Shown one piece after another: positions 1-7,434 of a stretch of 64,000 bases of DNA; positions within the stretch are counted from its first letter, which is position 1; every line of letters starts with the position of its first letter. The DNA is from Oscillospiraceae bacterium (GTDB lineage: Bacteria; Bacillota; Clostridia; Oscillospirales; CAG-272): assembly GCA_015063805.1 (NCBI GenBank), contig SVTK01000014.1, forward strand, positions 7,055 through 71,054, written 5' to 3'. The notes beneath the pieces were generated by a model that was not told the DNA's origin, ran no database searches, and was given only the letters and a program-made list of their open reading frames with translations. The position numbers and the translations under genes were made by a program.

Positions 1-466
1 TAGCCGTCTCGGCCCAGTAGGGGATGAGAACCTCGTTCCACTGGTACTCCAGGATGGCGAGGAAATCCTCGGGCCAGGGGCAGGTGACCCAGTTTGGGTA
101 CTTTGCACCGGGGGCGTCGCCGGGGCAGCCGGCGAAGGTGATGACGGTGTCCACGCCGATCTGCTCGGCTAAGAGCACGGCCTCACGGAAGTCGCGGTCG
201 AAGCCTTCGGCGGTAGCTTTGTCGGGATGCACGGGGTTGCCGTGTGCCGCCAGGGCGCAGACGCTGACATCATATTTCTCAAAGGTGGCCTTCCATGCCG
301 CCAGCTTGGCGGGATCCGCCAGCAGCTCGGCGGGGTTGCAGTGTGCCTTCCCCGGGTAGCCGCCTGCACCGATCTCCACGGTGTGCACGCCGAGGGCAGT
401 GAGCTTTGCCAGGGTTTCGTCCAATGGAAATGCGCCGTAAAGGTTGGCAAGTACGCTGAGTTTCAT
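1..466 (-). CDS. sugar phosphate isomerase/epimerase (xylose-isomerase-like TIM barrel), N-terminal part; gene runs off the window
   Basis: Minus-strand frame open to the window edge. ATG at 464-466 is preceded by a GGAGGA RBS. Translation MKLSVLANLYGAFPLDETLAKLTALGVHTVEIGAGGYPGKAHC...VDTVITFAGCPG resembles AP-endonuclease-2/xylose-isomerase-like TIM-barrel proteins. Absent from the ORF track because it is truncated. Confidence 0.6.
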   Translation of the reverse strand, partial: MKLSVLANLYGAFPLDETLAKLTALGVHTVEIGAGGYPGKAHCNPAELLADPAKLAAWKATFEKYDVSVCALAAHGNPVHPDKATAEGFDRDFREAVLLAEQIGVDTVITFAGCPGDAPGAKYPNWVTCPWPEDFLAILEYQWNEVLIPYWAETA

Positions 467-491
467 GGTGTTTCCTCCATTAAATTAGATT

Positions 492-632
492 GGGGCGCTG
501 CCCCAAACCCCGCCAGAGGGGCTTTTTGAAAAAAGCCCCTCTGGACTCCGCAAAAACGTTCAAAAAGGGCGTTTTTGCAGTTTTTTGTGGGGGTGTGGGG
601 GAACTTTTTTGAAAAAAAGTTCCCCCACGGTC
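492..632. repeat. composite intergenic palindromic repeat (two inverted units)
   Basis: Contains a short hairpin TGGGGCGCTGCCCCA, the palindrome AGAGGGGCTTTTTGAAAAAAGCCCCTCT, inverted tails GCAAAAACG/CGTTTTTGC, and a second palindrome GGGGGAACTTTTTTGAAAAAAAGTTCCCCC ending in ACGGTC. Same family as copies at 11.6, 27.0, 47.7, 51.3, 52.4, 54.4 and 56.4 kb. Confidence 0.7.
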
Positions 633-1727
633 TTAAAACCTAAACATCTCTCCGGTCTTGGCAGAGGTGTAGATGCCTTCCAGGATGCGGGTGACGACGA
701 TGGCCTGCTCGGGGGTGACGGCAGGGGTCTTGTCGTTGATCACCGCGTCGATCCACAGCCGGGCCTCCCGGTCCTCGGCCGATTCGCCCTTGATGCCGTC
801 AAAGAAGGCGGCACCCTTGTTGCTCAGCTGGGGGGTGAAGATGTACTTCTGGTTGTTGTGAATGCCGTTGATGCGCAGACCTTCGTTCATGTCAGCACCG
901 GCTTTGGTGCCGCAGAGGATGGTCTTTGCCTCCCGTGCGTCCACGTAGTTGAGTGCCCAGGTGGCGCGGAGGTTGATGGTGGCACCGTTTTCCATGACGA
1001 CGAAACCGAAGGCGGCATCCTCCACCGTGAATTTGGCGGGATCCCAGTTGCCCCAGTCGTTGCCCTGCTCCACCGAGTTGTTGAGGGCGTGATAGGTGGT
1101 GCCCACGCAGTACTTGGGTTTGTAGTTGTCCATCATCCAGAGGGTGAGGTCCAGGGCGTGGGTGCCGATATCGATCAGCGGACCGCCGCCCTGCTCATAT
1201 TCGTTGAGGAAGACGCCCCAGGTGGGGACGGCACGGCGGCGGATGGCCAGGGCCTCGGCGTAGTAGATGTCGCCCAGAGTGCCGGCTTCCACCTCGGCCT
1301 TGAGGTAAAGGGAGTCGACACGCTGACGGGACTGGTAGCCGATGGTCAGCTTCTTGCCGGTGCGCTTGGCAGCATCCAGCATTTTCTGTGCTTCGGCGGC
1401 ATTGATGGCCATGGGCTTCTCGCACATGACGTGCTTGCCTGCCTCCAGCGCATCCACCGTGATGAAGCTGTGAGAGCGGTTGGGGGTGAGAACATGGACC
1501 ACGTCGATGGTCTTGTCCTCCAGCAACTGGCGGTAATCGGTGTAGACCGCGGCACCTTCGATGCCGTACTTGTCTCTGGCCTTCACGGCCCGCTCTTCCA
1601 CGATGTCGCAGAAGGCCACCATTTCCACATTGTGCAGTTTGGACAGGGCAGGGAGATGCTTGCCGTTGGCAATTCCGCCGCAGCCGATAATGCCGACTCT
1701 GACTTTTTCGTTTGCTCCGATAGCCAT
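633..1727 (-). CDS. Gfo/Idh/MocA family NAD(P)-dependent oxidoreductase
   Basis: Track ORF 633..1817 trimmed to the ATG at 1725-1727, which has a GGAGGA RBS. The N-terminus MAIGANEKVRVGIIGCGGIANGKHLPAL is the Rossmann GxGxxG start typical of this family. Confidence 0.85.
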   Translation of the reverse strand: MAIGANEKVRVGIIGCGGIANGKHLPALSKLHNVEMVAFCDIVEERAVKARDKYGIEGAAVYTDYRQLLEDKTIDVVHVLTPNRSHSFITVDALEAGKHVMCEKPMAINAAEAQKMLDAAKRTGKKLTIGYQSRQRVDSLYLKAEVEAGTLGDIYYAEALAIRRRAVPTWGVFLNEYEQGGGPLIDIGTHALDLTLWMMDNYKPKYCVGTTYHALNNSVEQGNDWGNWDPAKFTVEDAAFGFVVMENGATINLRATWALNYVDAREAKTILCGTKAGADMNEGLRINGIHNNQKYIFTPQLSNKGAAFFDGIKGESAEDREARLWIDAVINDKTPAVTPEQAIVVTRILEGIYTSAKTGEMFRF

Positions 1728-1788
1728 GGGATATCCTCCTTGAGAGAGCAGAATAAATATTGTGTGGGGTGAAAAAGTATACATCATA

Positions 1789-1817
1789 ATCATACACATA
1801 TTTGAAAAAAATGTCAA
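1789..1817 (-). promoter_or_regulatory. sigma-70-type promoter for the oxidoreductase/isomerase operon
   Basis: Reverse complement reads TTGACA, 17 nt, TATGAT about 60 nt upstream of the 1727 start. Confidence 0.4.
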
Positions 1818-1909
1818 GATTTTTGCGGTGAATTGCGCAATTATATGACGACTCGGGACAAAAAAATGTCCGATGTCGGGAGCGGAGGCAGGAAAATTTC
1901 AAAAAATGC

Positions 1910-1938
1910 TTGACAGCGCGGCGGTTTTGGTATATACT
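1910..1938 (+). promoter_or_regulatory. sigma-70-type promoter of the T-box leader
   Basis: TTGACA (1910-1915), 17-nt spacer, TATACT (1933-1938). Confidence 0.5.
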
Positions 1939-1944
1939 GCTGAT

Positions 1945-2222
1945 AGGTATCCCCTTTCGGGAACCTGGCTTTGATCGGAAAGAATCCGCCACAGACTTCC
2001 AAAAGAGAGCACCGCCGCGGTTCGCCGCGTGCTGAAAGCGGTGCGGGAAGAGCGGCGGGCTGTGCATCCGTGAGCCACCGGGATAATCCCCGGCGCAGCG
2101 CAGCGTTACGGCGCAGAGGCGTCGCGGTTACCGCCGCGCCCGATCAAGTGAGAAAGCAGAGTGGAACCGCGGTTTGCCGCCTCTGTGTTTGTTGTGGCAC
2201 AAACACGAGGCGATTTTTTTAT
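1945..2222 (+). promoter_or_regulatory. T-box riboswitch leader, probable Cys specificity
   Basis: AGAGAG box and GCUGAAAG distal-loop-like motif. Candidate specifier UGC followed by A at 2063-2066. T-box sequence AGAGUGGAACCGCGG at about 2157-2171; its UGGA bulge would pair with a UCCA 3' end (U73 discriminator of tRNA-Cys). Terminator GCCTCTGTGTTTGT/ACAAACACGAGGC plus T7 at 2177-2220. Downstream genes are cysE and cysS. Confidence 0.75.
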
Positions 2223-2252
2223 CCGCCGCCTGCTTTCGCGAAAGGAGTTCTT

Positions 2253-2978
2253 ATGGGAACCAAAATCAAATTTGAAACCTCGTCCCCCGCGCTTCGTCGG
2301 GGAAAGAAGGTCATTGGCACCGTAGTGCGGGAGATCAAGGAGGAGATCGCCGTCATCCGTGAGCGTGACCCTGCGGCCCGCTCGGACATTGAGGTGCTGC
2401 TGCTCTATTCCGGTCTGCACGCACTGCTGGCCTACCGTGCGGCCCATTATCTGCACGAAAAGAAGCACTACCTGCCCGCCCGCTTCATCAGTCAGGCGGC
2501 CCGTGCACTGACGGGGATAGAGATCCATCCCGGTGCCAAAATCGGCCGGGGGCTCTTCATCGACCACGGCATGGCTGTGGTGATCGGTGAAACCGCCGAG
2601 CTGGGGGACAACTGCACCCTTTATCAGGGGGTGACCCTGGGCGGTACGGGCAAGGACGTGGGCAAGCGTCACCCAACCCTGGGCAACAACGTGATGGTGG
2701 GTGCCGGTGCCAAGGTGCTGGGCCCCTTCAAGGTGGGGGACAACGCCAAGATCGCCGCCAATGCGGTGGTGCTCAAGGAAGTGCCTCCCGGTGCGACGGC
2801 GGTGGGGATTCCCGCCAAGGTGGTGCGCCGCGACGGTGAGCGTGTGGGCGACCTGGACCAGATCCACATTCCCGACCCCGTGGCCCAGCAGCTGGCCGCT
2901 CTGCAGGCGCGTATTGAAGAACTGGAGAAAAAAGAAAAGGAACGTGAGGCTTCTGCCGCCGAAAACGGTACCCGCTGA
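2253..2978 (+). CDS. cysE: serine O-acetyltransferase
   Basis: ATG at 2253 follows AAAGGAG. Hexapeptide-repeat region [44 protein letters not shown] is typical of CysE. The upstream part of track ORF 1971.. is the T-box leader. Confidence 0.9.
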   Translation: MGTKIKFETSSPALRRGKKVIGTVVREIKEEIAVIRERDPAARSDIEVLLLYSGLHALLAYRAAHYLHEKKHYLPARFISQAARALTGIEIHPGAKIGRGLFIDHGMAVVIGETAELGDNCTLYQGVTLGGTGKDVGKRHPTLGNNVMVGAGAKVLGPFKVGDNAKIAANAVVLKEVPPGATAVGIPAKVVRRDGERVGDLDQIHIPDPVAQQLAALQARIEELEKKEKEREASAAENGTR

Positions 2979-3014
2979 GGGTACCGCGGTGCGGACTCCT
3001 TCTGCGGAGGAATT

Positions 3015-4457
3015 ATGCGATATATGCGAAAGACTAAGATTGTCTGTACCATCGGTCCCGCGTCCCGGGATCAGAGGATGATTGAGAAGCTGCTGCGGGC
3101 GGGGATGAACGTAGCGCGGCTGAACTTCTCCCACGGCACACACGAAAATCATGCCGAGACCATCCGTGATATCCGTGCAGTGCGGGACCGTTTGGGTCTG
3201 CCCGCTGCCATTATGCTGGACACCAAGGGGCCTGAGATTCGTCTGGGGTGTTTTGCGGGAGGGAAGGTTACGTTGGAAGCGGGGGCGGCTTTTGTCCTCA
3301 CCACCCGGGAGGTGGAGGGGAATGAGACCATTGCCTCCATCACCTATGCCGATCTGCCCCGCCAGCTGAAGGCGGGGGATCATATCCTCATCGACGACGG
3401 CCGCATTCGCCTTGCCGTAGAGACGGTGGAGGATACCGACATTCACTGCGGGGTGTTGGTGGGGGGCGCGGTCAGCGACCGCAAGAGCATCAATCTCCCC
3501 GGCGCACGGCTGGATATGCCCTACCTCTCCCCTGCGGACGAGGCGGATATCCGTCTTGGCATCGAGATGGATGTGGATTTCATTGCCGCATCCTTTGTCC
3601 GCCGCAAGGAGGACGTGATCGCCCTGCGCAAGTTTGTGGACTACTGGGGCGGACGCAATATCCGCATCATTGCCAAGATCGAGAATATGGAAGGCATCGA
3701 CAATTTCGATGAGATCCTCCGTTATGCCGACGGCATCATGGTGGCTCGTGGAGATATGGGTGTCGAGGTTGCCTTTGAGCGGCTGCCCGGCTTGCAGAAG
3801 CAGTTTATCCGCAAGTGCTACCATGCGGGAAAGATGGTCATCACCGCAACCCAGATGCTGGAGTCCATGATCCATTCCCCCACCCCCACCCGTGCTGAGA
3901 TCACCGATGTGGCCAATGCCGTTTTCGACGGCACCTCGGCGGTGATGCTCTCGGGGGAGACGGCCATGGGTGATTATCCCGAACAGGCGGTGCAGGTCAT
4001 GGCCAGCATTGCGCGGCAGGCCGAGCACGACGCCTTTGAGATGGGCGCCTGGCGACATGCGCAGTTTGAGCTGGACAGCTCCGACACCACCAATGCTATC
4101 TGCGATGCGGCCTGCACCACCGCCCGAGACCTGGGCGCGGCGGCCATTATCGCCGTGACCAAGTCTGGCACCACCGCCCGCCGGGTTTCTAAATTTCGTC
4201 CCAAGGAACCCATTGTGGCGGCCACCCCCATCCCCAAAACCTTTCACCAGCTTGCCCTTTCCTGGGGCGTGTATCCCGTCCTTTCCCGGATGCAGGACAG
4301 CTCGGATGATCTGATCATGCACGCCATCGACTGCGCCAAGCAGATCGATGCGGTGAAGGTTGGCGATATTACCGTCATTACCGCGGGCGTCCCCCTTAAT
4401 CTGGCCGGGACCACCAATCTGCTCAAGGTGCAGATGGTGGAGGACAATTTGGACTGA
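3015..4457 (+). CDS. pyk: pyruvate kinase
   Basis: MRKTKIVCTIGPAS, NVARLNFSHGTHE and MVARGDMGVEV motifs; 480 aa. Confidence 0.95.
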   Translation: MRYMRKTKIVCTIGPASRDQRMIEKLLRAGMNVARLNFSHGTHENHAETIRDIRAVRDRLGLPAAIMLDTKGPEIRLGCFAGGKVTLEAGAAFVLTTREVEGNETIASITYADLPRQLKAGDHILIDDGRIRLAVETVEDTDIHCGVLVGGAVSDRKSINLPGARLDMPYLSPADEADIRLGIEMDVDFIAASFVRRKEDVIALRKFVDYWGGRNIRIIAKIENMEGIDNFDEILRYADGIMVARGDMGVEVAFERLPGLQKQFIRKCYHAGKMVITATQMLESMIHSPTPTRAEITDVANAVFDGTSAVMLSGETAMGDYPEQAVQVMASIARQAEHDAFEMGAWRHAQFELDSSDTTNAICDAACTTARDLGAAAIIAVTKSGTTARRVSKFRPKEPIVAATPIPKTFHQLALSWGVYPVLSRMQDSSDDLIMHAIDCAKQIDAVKVGDITVITAGVPLNLAGTTNLLKVQMVEDNLD

Positions 4458-4498
4458 GGCGACCCGCATCAAGGATAAAAATGTTAAGGAGAAAAATC

Positions 4499-5926
4499 AT
4501 GCTGCTTTACAATTCCCTCTCGCGTACCCGCGAAGAATTTGTTCCTCTGGAGCCCGGCAAGGTGAAAATGTACACCTGCGGTCCCACCGTTTACCATTTT
4601 GCCCACATCGGCAACCTGCGCACCTATATCATGGAGGACGTGCTGGAGAAGACCTTCCGCTACCTGGGCTATGATGTGACCCGTGTCATGAACATCACCG
4701 ACGTGGGCCACCTGGCCTCGGATGCCGACACCGGTGAGGATAAGATGCTCAAGGGTGCCCGCCGCGAGAACAAGTCGGTGATGGAGATCGCCAAGTTCTA
4801 CACCGATGCCTTCTTTGCCGACTGCGAAAAGCTCAACATCAAGCGTCCCGACGTGGTGGAGCCTGCCACCAACTGCATCGATGAGTATATCAAGATCATC
4901 GAGGGCCTGTTGGAGAAGGGCTCGGCCTATGCGGCGGGGGGGAATATCTATTTTGACACCTCCACCCTGCCCAAGTACTACGTCTTCAACGACCATGACG
5001 AGGAGGATCTCGCCGTGGGCGTCCGTGAGGGTGTGGAGGAGGATACCAATAAGCGCAACAAGAATGACTTTGTGCTGTGGTTCACCAAATCCAAGTTCGA
5101 GGATCAGGCCCTGAAGTGGGATTCCCCCTGGGGTGTGGGCTATCCCGGCTGGCATATCGAGTGCTCGGGCATTTCCCTCAAACACCTCGGCGGCACCCTT
5201 GACCTCCATGCCGGTGGTATCGACAACGCCTTCCCCCACCACACCAATGAGATCGCACAGTCCGAGAGCTACCTGGGCCACAAGTGGTGCAACTACTGGT
5301 TCCATGTGCATCATCTCAACACCGACACCGGCAAGATGTCTAAGTCCAAGGGTGAATTTCTTACCGTTTCTCTGCTGGAGCAGAAGGGGTACGCGCCTCT
5401 GGCCTACCGTCTCTTCTGCCTGCAGAGCCATTACCGCCGCAACCTGGTCTTCTCCTGGGAGAACCTGGACAATGCCGTGGTGGCCTACAACAAGCTTATC
5501 GCCCGCATTGCGGCGCTTAAGCCCGAGGGGGAGGTGGACGAGGCTGCCCTGGCCGAACTCAAGGCGGGCTTCGCCGGCGCGCTGGAGAACGACCTGAACA
5601 CCTCCCTTGCCGTCACCGCTCTCTACGATGCGTTGAAGGCCAAGACGAGTGACGCCACCAAGCTGGCTGCTCTGGCCGACTTCGACCGGGTGCTTTCCCT
5701 TAACCTGATCGCAGCTGCTGAGGCGCTGCGCAATCAGCAGGCTGAGGCCAAGGCAGCCGAGACCGAGGCGGGGGATCCCGAAATTCTTGCCGCCATCGCT
5801 GCCCGTGCCGCCGCCAAGAAGGAGCGGAATTTTGCCGAGGCAGACCGCATCCGTGACGAGCTTGCCGCCCGGGGCATCATCCTGGTGGACACCCGCGAGG
5901 GTACCACCTATCGGATCGAGAACTGA
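4499..5926 (+). CDS. cysS: cysteine--tRNA ligase
   Basis: Class I aaRS motifs HIGN (FAHIGNLR) and KMSKS. Start chosen at ATG 4499 after AAGGAG; an in-frame alternative is at 4481. Confidence 0.95.
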   Translation: MLLYNSLSRTREEFVPLEPGKVKMYTCGPTVYHFAHIGNLRTYIMEDVLEKTFRYLGYDVTRVMNITDVGHLASDADTGEDKMLKGARRENKSVMEIAKFYTDAFFADCEKLNIKRPDVVEPATNCIDEYIKIIEGLLEKGSAYAAGGNIYFDTSTLPKYYVFNDHDEEDLAVGVREGVEEDTNKRNKNDFVLWFTKSKFEDQALKWDSPWGVGYPGWHIECSGISLKHLGGTLDLHAGGIDNAFPHHTNEIAQSESYLGHKWCNYWFHVHHLNTDTGKMSKSKGEFLTVSLLEQKGYAPLAYRLFCLQSHYRRNLVFSWENLDNAVVAYNKLIARIAALKPEGEVDEAALAELKAGFAGALENDLNTSLAVTALYDALKAKTSDATKLAALADFDRVLSLNLIAAAEALRNQQAEAKAAETEAGDPEILAAIAARAAAKKERNFAEADRIRDELAARGIILVDTREGTTYRIEN

Positions 5927-5927
5927 G

Positions 5928-6425
5928 ATGAAGATTAAAGCATTTTACGAAAAATGGCGAGAGGTGATTCTGTACCTCGCCTTTGGGGTGCTGACCACGG
6001 TGGTGGGGCTGGGCACCTATTCCCTCTGCTTTGTGCTGGCCGAGAAGGTCTTCCATCTGGATCTGGCCGACAAAACCAGCGCGGTCTACCTGGCGGTGTA
6101 CACCACCGCCCAGGTGGTGCAGTGGCTGGCCGCCATCCTCTTCTCCTTTTTCACTAACCGCAAGTGGGTGTTTGAGGGAGCAAGAGAGGGTTCTGCCCTA
6201 CGTCAGCTGATTGTCTTCGCCGGGGGCCGCGTGGCGACCCTGGGCCTGGACGTGGTGCTGACCTATGTGGGGGTCATTGCCCTCACTGCCCTGCTGTCGG
6301 GGGATGTGCTGGATCTGTATTTCATTCAGCTCAGTGCCGAATTGGTGGCCAAGCTGGTGGCCTCGGTGGCGGTGGTCATCGCCAATTACTTCATCAGTAA
6401 GTGGTTTGTGTTCAAAAAGAAGTGA
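5928..6425 (+). CDS. GtrA family membrane protein
   Basis: ATG lies 1 nt after the cysS stop. Four predicted TM segments and a C-terminus NYFISKWFVFKKK typical of GtrA-like proteins. Confidence 0.75.
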   Translation: MKIKAFYEKWREVILYLAFGVLTTVVGLGTYSLCFVLAEKVFHLDLADKTSAVYLAVYTTAQVVQWLAAILFSFFTNRKWVFEGAREGSALRQLIVFAGGRVATLGLDVVLTYVGVIALTALLSGDVLDLYFIQLSAELVAKLVASVAVVIANYFISKWFVFKKK

Positions 6426-6466
6426 TCCTGCGGCTGCCGCAGAAAGAAAAATTTACGAATTTCCTG

Positions 6467-6495
6467 TTTACAATCGCGCATACTTATACTATAAT
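6467..6495 (+). promoter_or_regulatory. sigma-70-type promoter upstream of stp-prkC
   Basis: TTTACA (6467-6472), 17 nt, TATAAT (6490-6495). Confidence 0.4.
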
Positions 6496-6573
6496 TAAAG
6501 GTACGCCGCCCCCCGACGAAGGGTTGTGCGGTTCGCGGTTTGCATTGCACATACGGGATAGAGAGGTTTATTT

Positions 6574-7371
6574 ATGAAGATATTGCACGGAAAAACCGAC
6601 ATCGGACGGCGCCGGAAGGTCAATCAGGATACCTTCGCGGTGCTGAGCCCGTCTGCCGATCTTGCACTCTGCGTCGTCTGCGACGGCATGGGTGGAGCGG
6701 TGGGAGGGGCCGAGGCCAGCAGACTGGCCTGCGATACCTTCTGCGCATCGGTGAACGGACTGATCGATGAGATCCGGGAGATCTCCGGTGCGGTCTGCAG
6801 TGATGCCGAGGCCTGTGCCGCCCTGCGGGGGCGGCTGGCGGGGTGTATTCCCGATGCCCTTTGCGATGCGGCGGAGGCGGCCAATGCCGCAGTCTATGCG
6901 GCGGCGGAACAAGATCATACTCTGCAGGGTATGGGCACCACGCTGGTGGCGCTGTTCTGCTGGGAGGACTATGCCTGTGCCGTCAATGTGGGAGACAGCC
7001 GCCTGTATGCAGTCACCGATGATGAGATCCGTCAGCTTTCCCGTGACCATTCCTATGTGCAGTACCTCATTGATATGGGCAAGCTTACCGCCGAGGAGGC
7101 CAGACAGAGCAGCAACCGCAATATCATTACCCGTGCGGTGGGCACTGCCGCCGACCTGGACTGCGATGTCATTGATATTCCCCCCGAGCTGGTGAAAAAC
7201 GCTACCTTCCTGCTTTGCTCCGACGGCCTTTCCGGCATGGTGGAGGATGGACAGATGGCGGAGATCATCCGCGGAGAAGGCAGCGCTGAGGAGAAGGTGG
7301 ATGCCCTGGTTGACCGCGCCAATGCGGCGGGGGGCACCGACAACATTACGGTGGTGCTTTGTCGCAGATAA
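6574..7371 (+). CDS. prpC: PP2C-family Ser/Thr protein phosphatase (Stp/PrpC)
   Basis: GKTDIGRRRKVNQDTF, VCDGMGG and GGTDNITVVL motifs. Sits immediately upstream of prkC as in other Firmicutes. Confidence 0.9.
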   Translation: MKILHGKTDIGRRRKVNQDTFAVLSPSADLALCVVCDGMGGAVGGAEASRLACDTFCASVNGLIDEIREISGAVCSDAEACAALRGRLAGCIPDALCDAAEAANAAVYAAAEQDHTLQGMGTTLVALFCWEDYACAVNVGDSRLYAVTDDEIRQLSRDHSYVQYLIDMGKLTAEEARQSSNRNIITRAVGTAADLDCDVIDIPPELVKNATFLLCSDGLSGMVEDGQMAEIIRGEGSAEEKVDALVDRANAAGGTDNITVVLCRR

Positions 7372-7434
7372 GGATGCGGGCCGAAAATACGAAAAAGGAG
7401 CCTTGCCCGGCAAGGCGAAGATAAACAGGATATT

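Noticed and set aside
1971-2252. N-terminal 94-codon extension of cysE from a TTG start, as given in the ORF track
   Set aside because: The region contains the T-box leader, including its terminator hairpin and T7 tract. A proper AAAGGAG RBS precedes the ATG at 2253, where SAT homology begins.
2106-4472. 788-aa minus-strand ORF over cysE and pyk. Similar long antisense ORFs lie at 11715-13928, 16969-19680, 28103-30649, 31865-33904, 37787-40117 and 45500-47761.
   Set aside because: All are antisense to strongly supported housekeeping genes (ygiQ, infB, nrdD, gdpP, ftsH, priA). They lack RBSs and motifs and show shadow-frame composition.
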